Shown in pieces: positions 45,876-55,913 of a stretch of DNA of 64,000 nt. Source of the DNA: Bdellovibrionota bacterium (GTDB taxonomy: Bacteria; Bdellovibrionota_G; JALEGL01; JAGRMV01); the NCBI GenBank assembly GCA_041391405.1, contig JAWKOB010000007.1, positions 845 through 64,844 of the forward strand, read 5' to 3'. Made by a program: the position numbers and the translations under genes. How positions within the stretch are numbered: position 1 is the stretch's first letter; every line of letters begins with the position of its first letter. The notes beneath the pieces are model-generated. The model saw only the letters and a program-made list of their open reading frames with translations. It was not told where the DNA came from and ran no database searches.

Positions 45876-47197
45876 TTAACTTTGAAGAGATTTTTCGATC
45901 GCCATGATGGTCGAGCGAAGTTGGGCGTTGGTTTCCAACTCTTTTTGGATCTTGGAATGCCCATGCATGATGGTTGTGTGGTCTTTTCCACCAAACTTTT
46001 GACCCAACTCCGGAAAAGAGAGTGTGGTGAGTTTTCTGGAAAGATACATCGCAATTTGGCGAGGCTGAGCAACCACCTTGTGTTTTCTGGATGACTTTAA
46101 GTCCGCGGATTTCAAATGAAAAAACGAAGACACAGCCTTTAAAATATCATCCGTAGAAATTACCTTTTCCTGAGAAGAAATCGAAAAACAACCTCTTTCA
46201 CCAAGCTTTCATCAATCGGACGGTTGGACAAAGAAGAAATCGCACAAAGTTTGGTCAAACAACCTTCCAAAATACGAATGTTGGAATCGATCGAATCGGC
46301 CAGCAAGAACAACATGTCGTCTCTGATGACCAAACCAACCTGATCCGCCTTTTTTCTTAAGATGGCCACGCGGGTTTCAACATCAGGTTTTTGAATATCG
46401 CAAAAAAGACCGGCTTGAAAACGAGAGCGAAGGCGCTCATCCAAATCCGGAATTTCATTCGGCATTCGATCCGATGACAGCACAATCTGCTTTCCGTTTT
46501 GATATAAGGCATTGAAAGTGTGGAAGAATTCTTCCTGGGTTCGTTCTTTTCCTGTGAAAAAGTGAATGTCGTCCAAAAGCAAAACATCACAGTAACGATA
46601 CAACGAACGAAACTCTTCCATTTTGGAAAGACGGATCGAGTTGATCAACTCATTCATAAACTGCTCGGAAGAGCGGTAAACAACCTTAAGTCTTTGTTTT
46701 GATTGGTAAACTTCGTTTCCAATGGCCGACAATAAATGGGTTTTTCCAAGGCCTACACCACCATATAAGAAAAGAGGATTGTAGGTTTTGCCAGGGGCAT
46801 TGGCCACCGCTTGGCAAGCTGCGTGTGCAAACTGATTGGCGTTTCCAACCACAAATGAATCAAACGTGTATTTCGGATTCAGAAAAGAATCTCTTTTGAT
46901 TTCTCTTTCTTTGGTTTCAACAGGAAGAGAAATATTTTCCACCGTCGAACTTTTTTCATCCGAAAGAACGAAAGACATTTGAACGTTTTCGTTCATCGTA
47001 ATTTTTCGAAGTCGCGACAAAAGAATTTCTGAGTACTCTTTTTGGATTTTATCTTTGTAATAGGTATTTGGAACTTCGATGAGAAATTTGTCCTGCTCGA
47101 AAGTCTTGCACTGTAAGGGTTTGAACCATGTATTGAACGTGTGTGGCGATACCTCTGATTTCAGTGTATCCAGCGTTTGTACCCAAGAATCCATCAT
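45876..47197 (-). CDS. dnaA: Chromosomal replication initiator DnaA, frameshift between domains III and IV (near 46140-46200)
   Basis: AAA+ region GGVGLGKTHLLSAIGN and LLLDDIHFF. Domain IV (KVVAQPRQIAMYLSRKLTTLSFPELGQKFGGKDHTTIMHG) lies in a separate ORF, 45876..46133. Confidence 0.9.
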
Positions 47198-47787
47198 GAC
47201 AGTGTTCGTTAAATCCCTTTCGTGAACTTTGGTAACTACGTTTTGTGTTGAATGATCGTCAAGAAAGAAAATTCATTTTTTGAAAATATTTTTTGAAATG
47301 AATTTTTCTGCATATTTCTTACAGTTTTTCACTCTAAAAAATTTTTTTCACTGAAGAAAATTTTTTTTCGATGGGTAGTTTTCACAACCGATTGATTGTC
47401 ATGATATCTTTAATCTCGGTCTCATCATGACAAATTCACTGGGTTTGCGGCTGTGGATGATATCGAACGCCCTGTGGATAACTATTGTGTAAATTCATAT
47501 TCGCAAAACCCTTGTTCAGCCCAGACTTTACAGGCAGTATGTTAAAAAACTCGATCAAACCGAGAAAAAATCCACATTAACGTGTTTTTAACAATTCTGT
47601 AGCCCCCTAAATCGTTCAGGATCAAGGATATCCAAGATAAACCCTGATTTTGAAGGGCTTCGATGACCATATATTCGTCTTGACATGGCCCTTCGAGTAT
47701 GATGAAAACAGCAGACTAATTTTTCGATTTTGCTGAAAATAACGTAGAATCATTTTTAGAAAAGATTAATAAAATCTAGGACTTACA
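47198..47787. other. Candidate oriC (dnaA-rpmH intergenic region) with AT-rich unwinding region and DnaA boxes
   Basis: Gene orientation diverges here. Tandem ATTTTTTGAAA at 47275-85 and 47288-98. TTTTTCACT at 47325-33 and 47344-52. DnaA boxes TGTGGATGA at 47452-60 and TGTGGATAA (perfect) at 47473-81. Confidence 0.6.
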
Positions 47788-47937
47788 ATGAAAAGAACAT
47801 ATCAACCTAGTAAGGTTAAAAGAAAAAGAACGCATGGTTTTAGAGAACGTATGGCTACAGTGTCTGGCCGTAAAGTTTTGGCTCGTCGCCGCCGTAAAGG
47901 TCGCGCTCGTTTGGTCGTAAGCGTTCCAAAGAAGTAG
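47788..47937 (+). CDS. rpmH: 50S ribosomal protein L34
   Basis: [49 protein letters not shown] (49 aa). It falls below the ORF-track length cutoff. Confidence 0.95.
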   Translation: MKRTYQPSKVKRKRTHGFRERMATVSGRKVLARRRRKGRARLVVSVPKK

Positions 47938-47941
47938 TGGA

Positions 47942-48296
47942 ATGGTAGAAGCGGGGTCCTTGCTATTGAGACCTCAGCACCGAATTCGAAAAGCGATTGA
48001 ATTTCAAGAGTGTAGGGAAAAGGGAAAAAGGTTTTTAGTAAAAACCTGATTTGTGTATTTCACAAAAACACCTTTCCACATTCACGAATCGGTCTGATCG
48101 TCACAAAGAAAACAGGTTCGGCCACAGTAAGAAATCGTTGGAAAAGAATCATTCGTGATTTTTTTCGCACCAATCCGAATCATTTTCCCAAACCCATGGA
48201 CTACGTCTTTGTGGTGAAATCCACCACCAAGAATCTGCCACCGAAAGATATTCGCTCCGAGCTTTTGAGCTTAGTAGGAAGAATAAAACCAAATGA
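47942..48296 (+). CDS. rnpA: Ribonuclease P protein component, apparent frameshift(s)
   Basis: MVEAGSLLLRPQHRIRKAIEFQECREKGKRF, then in another frame RIGLIVTKKTGSATVRNRWKRIIRDFFR...MDYVFVVKS. The 3' end is uncertain: either an ATGA overlap with yidD at 48293-96, or the ORF continues to 48396. Confidence 0.7.
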
Positions 48297-48505
48297 AACA
48301 AATCTTTGTATATCTGATCCGAGGGTATCAACGACTGATTTCCCATGTTGGGAACCAGATGTCGATTCCACCTTCGTGTTCGGCCTATGCAATTGAGTCC
48401 ATCGAGAAAAATGGAGTGGTTTCTGGTGGTTTTCAAACACTTCGAAGATTATCCAAATGTCATCCATTTCACGATGGCGGATTTGATCCCGTGGAGAAAA
48501 TGTAA
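48293..48505 (+). CDS. yidD: Membrane protein insertion efficiency factor YidD
   Basis: IRGYQRLIS...PPSCSAYAIESIEKNGVVSGGFQTLRRLSKCHPFHDGGFDPV. Confidence 0.85.
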   Translation: MKQIFVYLIRGYQRLISHVGNQMSIPPSCSAYAIESIEKNGVVSGGFQTLRRLSKCHPFHDGGFDPVEKM

Positions 48506-50146
48506 TGAATAGTGAAGCAAGAAGATTGTTGTTGGCCATGTTCCTGACCTTCGGATTTTGTTCGTTTGGTCCAAATATATGACTCCGCAACCTGCACCGG
48601 TTGCACAAACCCAACTTACCAACACATCCTCTTCCGAAGTTGTTGCGCCAACAACCACAACAGTGGCTCGACTTCAGCAATTCCTTCCAAATCTCAAACA
48701 CCAACCGTACAAAATGTCGTTGTTGAAACGTACGAAGTTTCCAACCCTGACTTTGTTGCAAAATTTTCCAATCAATCCGGTGTGATTTCTTCCGTTGATT
48801 TGCTCCATTATTTCAAGGAACAGAAAAAAGATTCCAAACCGATTTCAGTCATTCCGCTCGGCCAAGCTGCTTCTGCACCGCTTTTGTGGGACATTTCTTT
48901 CAAAAGTTCCTCAACATCCACTCCGAAAGCCGTCTTGGATGATCGTCAAACCATGTATCAATGGACGGAAAGAACTCCAAATCAGGTTGGATTCAGCACA
49001 CAAGTCGCCCCAGGCATTCAAGTTCAAAAATATTACCGTTTTGGAAAAGATCCATATGTCATTGAACACGTACTTCACATCGACAATCAATCCAGCGAAA
49101 CACTTTACGTCGATGCCAACACATCCATGTATTCGGCTCATATTCCGAAAGAAGAACAATCTTCATCTTTTCTTTCTCCGCAACATCCGGATGTCATGGC
49201 TGTGGCCTATGCACATGATGAAGAATACCATCTGAAACTTGCCAAACTTTCGGATAAGAAAGCTCAAATCACCACAGGTCCGATTTCTTGGGCCGGATTT
49301 TCTTCTCAATATTTCTTGATGACGGCGATTCCAACGGAAAGCATGTGGAATTCGATGGGTGGAAAATACGAGAATGAAATCGGTTCCTGGACCATGAACT
49401 ACGCGCAAAGAACAGTCGCAGCCAAATCCAACCTCGAATATGTCATGAAGTTTTACACAGGACCAAAGCAAATGGAGCTTTTGGCAACCGTAACCCCAAC
49501 CTTGGATCGCTCAATCGATTTGGGTAGTTGGATTGGTGGTTTGGCGCGCATGATTCATAAACTTTTGGGGTGGATCTATGGATTCATTCCTAATTACGGA
49601 TGGGCAATCATCATCTTGACGGTGTTGGTTCGCTTGGCCGTGTTCCCGCTAGCTCAAATGCAGGCGCGTTCGATGAAACGAATGACGTTGCATAAGCCAG
49701 CGATGGACGCATTGAAGGAAAAGTACGGAAAGGATCGCGAAGCATATTCGCGTGAATTGATGAGCTATATGAGAACCAACAAAATCAATCCAGCCAGTGG
49801 TTGTTTACCACTCTTGATTCAATTTCCGGTTTTCATCGCTTTGTACCGCGTGCTCTACAACTCAATTGAGTTGAGACATGCACCATTTGGTTTGTGGATT
49901 CATGACCTATCGGCTCATGATCCATTTTTTGTGCTGCCCGTGTTAGTGGGCGTCACGTTTTATTTGCAAACAAAACTGAACCCGACTCCGATGGCAGACC
50001 CGGCTCAGCAGACCATGATGAAAATCATGCCTGTGATGTTCTCGGTATTCATGATCTTCCTGCCTTCGGGACTCAATCTGTACATCTTTGTGAGTACGCT
50101 TTGGGGAATTGTCCAACAGTATATGGTTCAGAAACAATCAACCTAA
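48505..50146 (+). CDS. yidC: Membrane protein insertase YidC, N-terminal frameshifts (near 48555 and 48665)
   Basis: The C-terminal core GWAIIILTVLVRLAVFPLAQMQARSMKRM...GCLPLLIQFPVFIALY is intact. The N-terminal TM segment (MNSEARRLLLAMFLTFG...) and linker are in other frames. Confidence 0.9.
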
Positions 50147-50158
50147 TAGAGGTATAGT

Positions 50159-51445
50159 ATGGGTGTATTCAACCTGTTCAGAAGTAAGAAAAAAGAAGAA
50201 GTCAAAGCGACTTCGAAATTCATCGATGATGAATGGCTAGAAGTATCAGCTAGTTCAAAAGACGAAGCCATTGAACGCGCATGCGTAGCGCTCAACACCA
50301 ATCCAACTCACCTGGAAGTGAAATTCCTTTCCAAAGACGGAAAAAAGATTCGCGCTCGCAAATCAACCGGTGAATCGGAAGTGACCGATGAACAACCAGT
50401 CAAACAACCTAGACAAGGTCAGGGTCGTGGACGTGGTCGTGCTGCAAACCGTGAAGGTGGTTCGCGTGATGGTCAACAAGCCCAAGGTCGCGGACGCGGT
50501 CGTGGCACTCGCTCCGAATCTTCAGATCGCAACGAATCCCGCGGTGATTCTAGAAATGAATCGCGTGGTGGTCGCGGACGCAATCAACGCAACAATCGTC
50601 GACAAGATGAACAAACCGACGAAATGATGATGCGTGATGGTGAAGAAGAAAACTTCAACACAGAAGGCAACAGCGGTGAAGGTCGTTACAACGATTACAA
50701 TGATGGTTATGAACCTCAGGAAAGCCGTTCTCGTCGTCATGAAGAACCGGAAGAAGATTTCGTAGAAGAGATCGAGGAAGAAACCGATTTGGGCCGCAAA
50801 GCCAAAGAAATTCTTGAACAAATCGTTCAGAAAATCGAAGCGAATGCAAAAATCGAATTGTTTGAAACCAACAAGACCATCCGTTTGGAAATCATCAGTT
50901 CTGAATCCGGATTGTTCATTGGAAAATTCGGTCAAACTTTGGATTCGATCCAACATCTTTTGAAGAAGATTTTGGAAATCAAATTTGAAGAAGGCAAAAA
51001 CTTGGTTGTGGACGCAGAAGAATATCGCGTTCGCCGTGAAGAATCGATCGAAACCAAAGCACGTAAGCTAGCAAAAAAAGCACGTCAAGAAGGTCGTCCA
51101 GTCAGTGTTGAACCGATGAATGCGATGGATCGTCGCATCGTTCACATGGCGCTCAAAGGCGAACCTGGTATCGAAACCAAAAGCGTAGGCGAGGGTTCAA
51201 GCCGTCGCGTGCTCATCGTACCTAAACGCCGTGCTTCCGGTCGCAATGAAGGCGGACGTGGACGTGGTGGTCGCGGAGGCCGTGGTCGTGATCGCGATCG
51301 TGGCAACGAAAGACAAGGCGGACGTTCGTTCGACGGAAATTCCCGTATGCACGACTCGTACGATGTTCCTGCACTTCCAAAGAGTGAAGTGTTCGGTGAC
51401 AATCCCGAAGAGTATTTTGAAAATGCCTTCGACGACGAAAAATAG
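50159..51445 (+). CDS. jag: Jag/KhpB (Jag_N + KH + R3H) RNA-binding protein with large Arg/Gly-rich insertions
   Basis: Jag_N-like EVSASSKDEAIERACVALNTNPTHLEVKFL. KH-like ELFETNKTIRLEIISSESGLFIGKFGQTLDSIQHLL. R3H MNAMDRRIVHMALKGEPGIETKSVGEG. RG-rich tracts QGRGRGRAANREGGSRDG...GRGRGRG...RGGRGRNQRNNRR and C-terminal GRGRGGRGGRGRDRDRG. Confidence 0.85.
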   Translation: MGVFNLFRSKKKEEVKATSKFIDDEWLEVSASSKDEAIERACVALNTNPTHLEVKFLSKDGKKIRARKSTGESEVTDEQPVKQPRQGQGRGRGRAANREGGSRDGQQAQGRGRGRGTRSESSDRNESRGDSRNESRGGRGRNQRNNRRQDEQTDEMMMRDGEEENFNTEGNSGEGRYNDYNDGYEPQESRSRRHEEPEEDFVEEIEEETDLGRKAKEILEQIVQKIEANAKIELFETNKTIRLEIISSESGLFIGKFGQTLDSIQHLLKKILEIKFEEGKNLVVDAEEYRVRREESIETKARKLAKKARQEGRPVSVEPMNAMDRRIVHMALKGEPGIETKSVGEGSSRRVLIVPKRRASGRNEGGRGRGGRGGRGRDRDRGNERQGGRSFDGNSRMHDSYDVPALPKSEVFGDNPEEYFENAFDDEK

Positions 51446-52796
51446 AACGACTATCGTAGCGATTTCGACACCACCAGGAATTGGTGGTGTCGGAGTCATA
51501 CGACTTTCGGGTCCTGATTCTCTTTCAATCTCCCAAGCCCTTTTTCAAACCTCCGCTTCTTTTAAACATTCCCAACTTTGTTACGGCTATTTACTTAATC
51601 CCATTACCCATGAAAATGTAGATGATGGATTTGCAGTTTATTTTGAAGCTCCGAACTCATTCACAGGTGAAGATGTTGTGGAGCTTCAGCTTCATGGCAA
51701 TCCCTTTTTGCTTTCCAGCGTTGTTGAGCTTTGCTTGGCGCAGGGTGCGCGCTTGGCATCACCTGGAGAGTTCACCAAACGTTCCTATCTCAACGGCAAA
51801 ATGGATCTGCTTCAAGCAGAAGCTGTATCTGAATTGATTCACAGCCAATCGGTGATGGAAGCCCGTCAATCGCGCATGCGCTTGGATGGAAAACTTTCTT
51901 CCCATCTTGAAAAACTTCGGGATGATGTCATTGATGTTTTGGCCGAAATCGAAGCCGATGTAGATTTTCCAGAAGAGGACATCGATCCCAAATCCCAAGC
52001 AAAACTACTTTCAAGCATTCAAAATATTTCAGCTACGACTCATTCTCTGTTGTCGACGTACAATCAAAATCAAAAAATATCCTCTGGGTTTCGCATCGCT
52101 TTGGTCGGAAAACCAAATGTTGGAAAATCATCTCTTTTCAATGCAATTTTGCAAAATGATCGAGCCATTGTGAATGCTCAAGCCGGCACCACGCGCGATG
52201 TACTATCTGAAGAAATTATTCTCAATGGTTACCGAGTGAAGTTTTTTGATACGGCAGGCCTTCGATCAGATACTTCGGATGAAATTGAAAAAGAGGGAAT
52301 TACCCGTTCGAGCCAAGAAATAGAAAAAGCAGATTTGGTTTTATGGCTTGGATCAACATTGGAAAAACATTCTGAAACGGAACTAGAAGTTTTACGAAAT
52401 GTGGAAAAATCGAGACGTTGGCTTGTGTGGAACAAGGTTGATTTAGAAAAAGCTCCAAAACAGTTTGATGGTTTTTTTGAAAAAACATTCAAAATTTCTG
52501 CAAAGACCGGTCTTGAAGTCGCTTCACTGCTGGAAAATATCAATGACCTTTTAAAATCGTCACAGAACGAAGATTTTGGTGGCGGCATATCCAACGACAG
52601 GCAAAAAGAGTTGATCGAAGAGATGATTCAAGCATTGAATCGTTCGATGGAGATGATCAAGTCCAAACAACCCCCTGAACTCACAGCTGTAGAGTTTCGT
52701 CAGATTTATCATGCGCTCAACCGTATCCTTGGCAAAGAGGAAAATATGGAAGCCATGTACGACCGAATTTTCTCTAAATTTTGCGTCGGTAAATAG
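51423..52796 (+). CDS. mnmE: tRNA modification GTPase MnmE
   Basis: TIVAISTPPGIGGVGVIRLSG, G1 GKPNVGKSSLFNA, DTAGLR, C-terminal FCVGK. Start ATG 51423 lies within ORF 51231..52796 and overlaps the jag 3' end. Confidence 0.92.
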   Translation: MPSTTKNRTTIVAISTPPGIGGVGVIRLSGPDSLSISQALFQTSASFKHSQLCYGYLLNPITHENVDDGFAVYFEAPNSFTGEDVVELQLHGNPFLLSSVVELCLAQGARLASPGEFTKRSYLNGKMDLLQAEAVSELIHSQSVMEARQSRMRLDGKLSSHLEKLRDDVIDVLAEIEADVDFPEEDIDPKSQAKLLSSIQNISATTHSLLSTYNQNQKISSGFRIALVGKPNVGKSSLFNAILQNDRAIVNAQAGTTRDVLSEEIILNGYRVKFFDTAGLRSDTSDEIEKEGITRSSQEIEKADLVLWLGSTLEKHSETELEVLRNVEKSRRWLVWNKVDLEKAPKQFDGFFEKTFKISAKTGLEVASLLENINDLLKSSQNEDFGGGISNDRQKELIEEMIQALNRSMEMIKSKQPPELTAVEFRQIYHALNRILGKEENMEAMYDRIFSKFCVGK

Positions 52797-52829
52797 ATAA
52801 GTATTTGATATTATTGTTTAATATTCATT

Positions 52830-52845
52830 TGTTCCACGTGGAACA
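52830..52845. promoter_or_regulatory. parS centromere-like site 1
   Basis: TGTTCCACGTGGAACA is a perfect 16 bp palindrome. It has one change from the TGTTNCACGTGAAACA consensus. Confidence 0.75.
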
Positions 52846-53095
52846 TCGGAATCAAGTGATGGCCCTAAAATATGAATTACAATCTTGAAACACTTCATTT
52901 CTATGATCCTAAAAATTTTGTGGTTTATTTGATCCCTGCAATTGTTTTGCAAAGCCCTTCAGCTTTGCAGTGAGAAAAAATTTGAATGTATCCTCTTTAA
53001 TTGTCTAATCATAATTCACTCATTCAAATTTTCTCCTGTTTCATTTTAAATTCCCTACGTTTACTTTCACTGATCGATAAAAGTTGAAAATTAAT

Positions 53096-53203
53096 CCTCG
53101 AGGAGTTTGCGGTTGGGTGGCGCGATGGGTGGGATACCCGAGGAGCTGCGCACCGGAGGGTATGGAGTCCCGATCGCGACCGGGCCCGACCGACACCGAC
53201 GTG
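53096..53203. other. GC-rich structured island (candidate small RNA or foreign remnant) in an AT-rich intergenic region
   Basis: There is a sharp local GC rise. Stem CGCGATGGG (53121-29) pairs with CCC-g-ATCGCG (53169-78). It encloses the hairpin ATACCC (53134-39) / GGGTAT (53158-63). Confidence 0.3.
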
Positions 53204-53214
53204 TTGTTTGAAGG

Positions 53215-53230
53215 GATTTCACGTGGAACA
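53215..53230. promoter_or_regulatory. parS-like site 2 (degenerate left half)
   Basis: GATTTCACGTGGAACA. Confidence 0.6.
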
Positions 53231-53317
53231 TTTGAAAAGAAAACAAAGGGAGCTCATTTTGTTCTTTTCAAACCCGAATGAGTCGATTATTGTCCTTTTC
53301 AACGAGAAAAACACCAT

Positions 53318-53333
53318 GGTTTCACGTGAAACA
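53318..53333. promoter_or_regulatory. parS centromere-like site 3
   Basis: GGTTTCACGTGAAACA matches the consensus at 15 of 16 positions. Confidence 0.75.
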
Positions 53334-53402
53334 TTTACACACTGCATTATATAAATATTGATAATCTTTGGTTTCTTCCCGATTTTTCGACTGTTGAACA
53401 TC

Positions 53403-54044
53403 AGTAAGTGCTAAAGCCCAAATTCAAGAAGAATGGATCGCCCAACACGGTCACTTCAATGCCGATCAGATTCAAACCCAAGATGGCTTGGTAACCAAAA
53501 CCCAAGAAATTGCGACCAAAACGGGATTTTCACAATAATTTTTCAGGTAGTTACATTGCTTCGACATTATCGGGTTAAGAAGACAATGTGGTGGTGGAGC
53601 AGGAGCTTATGTCCATGGGCCAGCCATTATCGGGGAAGGAACAGTGATTCGTCAGGGGGCTTACATCCGTGGCAGTGTCATTACGGGTAAAAACTGTGTG
53701 ATTGGTCATACCACCGAAGTCAAATCGTCTATTTTTTGTGATGAAGCCAAAACCGGACATTTTGCTTACATTGGTGATTCGATTCTTGGCGCCGTCATGT
53801 GAATCTTGGCGCCGGAACAAAAATTTCAAATCTAAAAATGACGAACGACGAAATCGTGCTTCGCATTGACACTGAAGTTGTGAAAACAGGACTTCGAAAA
53901 ATGGGAGCAGTCATTGGTGATCATTGCGAAACGGGATGCAACTCAGTTTTGAATCCGGGAGTTTTGCTTGCCAAATGCATGGTGTATCCGGCCATCGCCG
54001 TTCGCAAAAAATATTACGCGCCAAAAACGGTAATCAGAGAGTAA
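53403..54044 (+). pseudogene. Left-handed beta-helix (hexapeptide-repeat) transferase, multiply frameshifted
   Basis: Hexapeptide pattern GAYVHGPAIIGEGTVIRQGAYIRGSVITGKNCVIGHTTEVKSSIF...GHFAYIGDSILG, then NLGAGTKISNLK...GAVIGDHCETGCNSVLNPGVLL in another frame. The start is approximate. Confidence 0.55.
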
Positions 54045-54046
54045 TT

Positions 54047-55910
54047 ATGAAGCGGAACATAATTGTCATAGGCGCCGGACACGCCGGCATCGAAGCTCAC
54101 TGGCAGCAGCCCGCATGGGCCTGCAAGTTTACAACGCTTACCAGCAACCTCGATCGCATTGGTTTTATGTCTTGCAATCCGGCCATCGGCGGACTTGGAA
54201 AATCTCATCTTGTGAAAGAGATCGATGCGCTCGGCGGTGAAATGGGAAAGGCTACCGATGCAACTGGAATTCAATTTCGAATTCTGAACGCGAGCAAAGG
54301 ACCAGCAGTTTGGGCAACGCGCGTACAATCCGATAAACATTTGTACGCCAGCTACATGAAAACCGTCGTGGAAAACACACCCAATCTTTCCGTGAAGCAA
54401 GGGATGGCGGAAAAGCTTCTGGTCGAGGATGACAAAATCATCGGCGTCCAAACTCAAATGGGCGAAAGATTTTGCTCCTGCTGTGATCATCACTACAGGT
54501 ACATTTTTGCAAGGATGATTCATATCAGCACCTACACTGAGTCTGCGGGCCGTGCAGGCGACAAAGCTTCGATGGGCCTGAGCGATAGCCTCTTTAGGCT
54601 TTCGTGTGGGTCGGTTGAAAACCGGAACGGTTCCACGAATTGATGCGAAAAGCATCGATTATTCAAATCTTGCTGAGCAGCCTGGAGATATCCCGACACC
54701 CAAAGTTTCATTTTTCCATCCACGCACCCTCGTGAAACAGGTTTCTTGCCACATCACCTACACCAATGAAAAAACGCATGATCTGATCCGCAGCAATTTG
54801 CATCTGTCGGCGATGTACAGTGGAAAAATCAAAAGTACCGGTCCACGCTATTGTCCATGCATCGAAGATAAAATCACGCGTTTTGCGGATAAATCACAAC
54901 ATCAAATTTTCTTGGAACCCGAAGGTTTGTCCACACAAGAAGTTTATCCAAACGGACTTTCCAATTCACTTCCTTTGGATGTTCAAATCGCTTTTTTGAA
55001 AACGATTTCTGGTCTTGAAAATGTGGAAGTCATGCGACCTGGCTACGCAATCGAATATGATTATGTGGATCCAACCGAGTTGCATCCTTGGCTTGAAACC
55101 AAAAAAATCAAGGGACTCTTCCACGCAGGTCAGCTCAATGGAACCACTGGTTATGAAGAGGCCGCAGCTCAAGGTCTTCTTGCAGGCATCAACGCCGTAC
55201 TTTCATTAGATGCTCAAAAAGAGCCATTCGTTCTTTCGCGTGCAGAAAGTTATATTGGCGTGATGGTGGATGATTTGGTGACCAAAGGAGTGAACGAACC
55301 GTATCGCATGTTCACTTCCCGCGCAGAACACAGATTGCACCTTCGTGAAGACAACGCCGACCAACGCGTTCTTTCATATGGATATAAGCTTGGAACCGTT
55401 TCTCAATCCATGTTCAATCAGTTTGAACAAAAGATGATGAATATCAAATCTGCCGTAGAGCGTTTGGAATCCCTTAAATTGAAACCAAATTTTGAAACCA
55501 ATCAAAAATTGGAAAACATGAATTTGACACCGCTTCGTTCGCCAAACACCTATTATGAATTTTTAAAACGTCCGGAAATGAATTGGCAAACACTGGTTCA
55601 AATTGACCCTTCTTTGAAGGACATTGATGAAACCATTTTCAATCAAGTTGAAATCACATCGAAATATGAAGGCTATATTCAAAAAGAACGCGATGAAGTT
55701 GCCCGCACTCTTCGTGATGAAGAACAAGTGATTCCAATGGAGTTCGATTATTCCATGCTTCCAAGCATCACAGCGGAAGTTCGCGAAAAACTTACACGCA
55801 TCCAGCCGCGAACCCTTGGGCAAGCGTCACGCATTTCAGGAATCACACCGGCAGCGATCGGCGTGCTCAGCATTTACCTAAGAAAATTTCGCGAGGAAAA
55901 AGAAATATGA
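54047..55910 (+). CDS. mnmG: tRNA uridine 5-carboxymethylaminomethyl modification enzyme MnmG (GidA), several apparent frameshifts in the N-terminal third
   Basis: [38 protein letters not shown], then [12 protein letters not shown]... through to the C-terminus in ORF 54606..55910. Confidence 0.9.
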
Positions 55911-55913
55911 AGT

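Noticed and set aside
47687-47720. Sigma-70 promoter for rpmH (TTGACA ... TATGAT)
   Set aside because: The spacing between the hexamers is only 12 nt, so this is not a credible -35/-10 pair. No confident promoter call was made.
53096-53203. Glycine, ZTP, fluoride or c-di-GMP riboswitch identity for the GC-rich island
   Set aside because: There are only short partial resemblances (for example GAGGAG...CACCGGAGGG versus the glycine-riboswitch core). The full consensus elements and the expected downstream genes are absent.
53084-53281. 65 aa ORF covering the GC-rich island
   Set aside because: The ORF has no RBS and an Arg/Gly/Pro-biased composition that simply reflects local GC content. It spans a parS site. 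The non-coding explanation is preferred.
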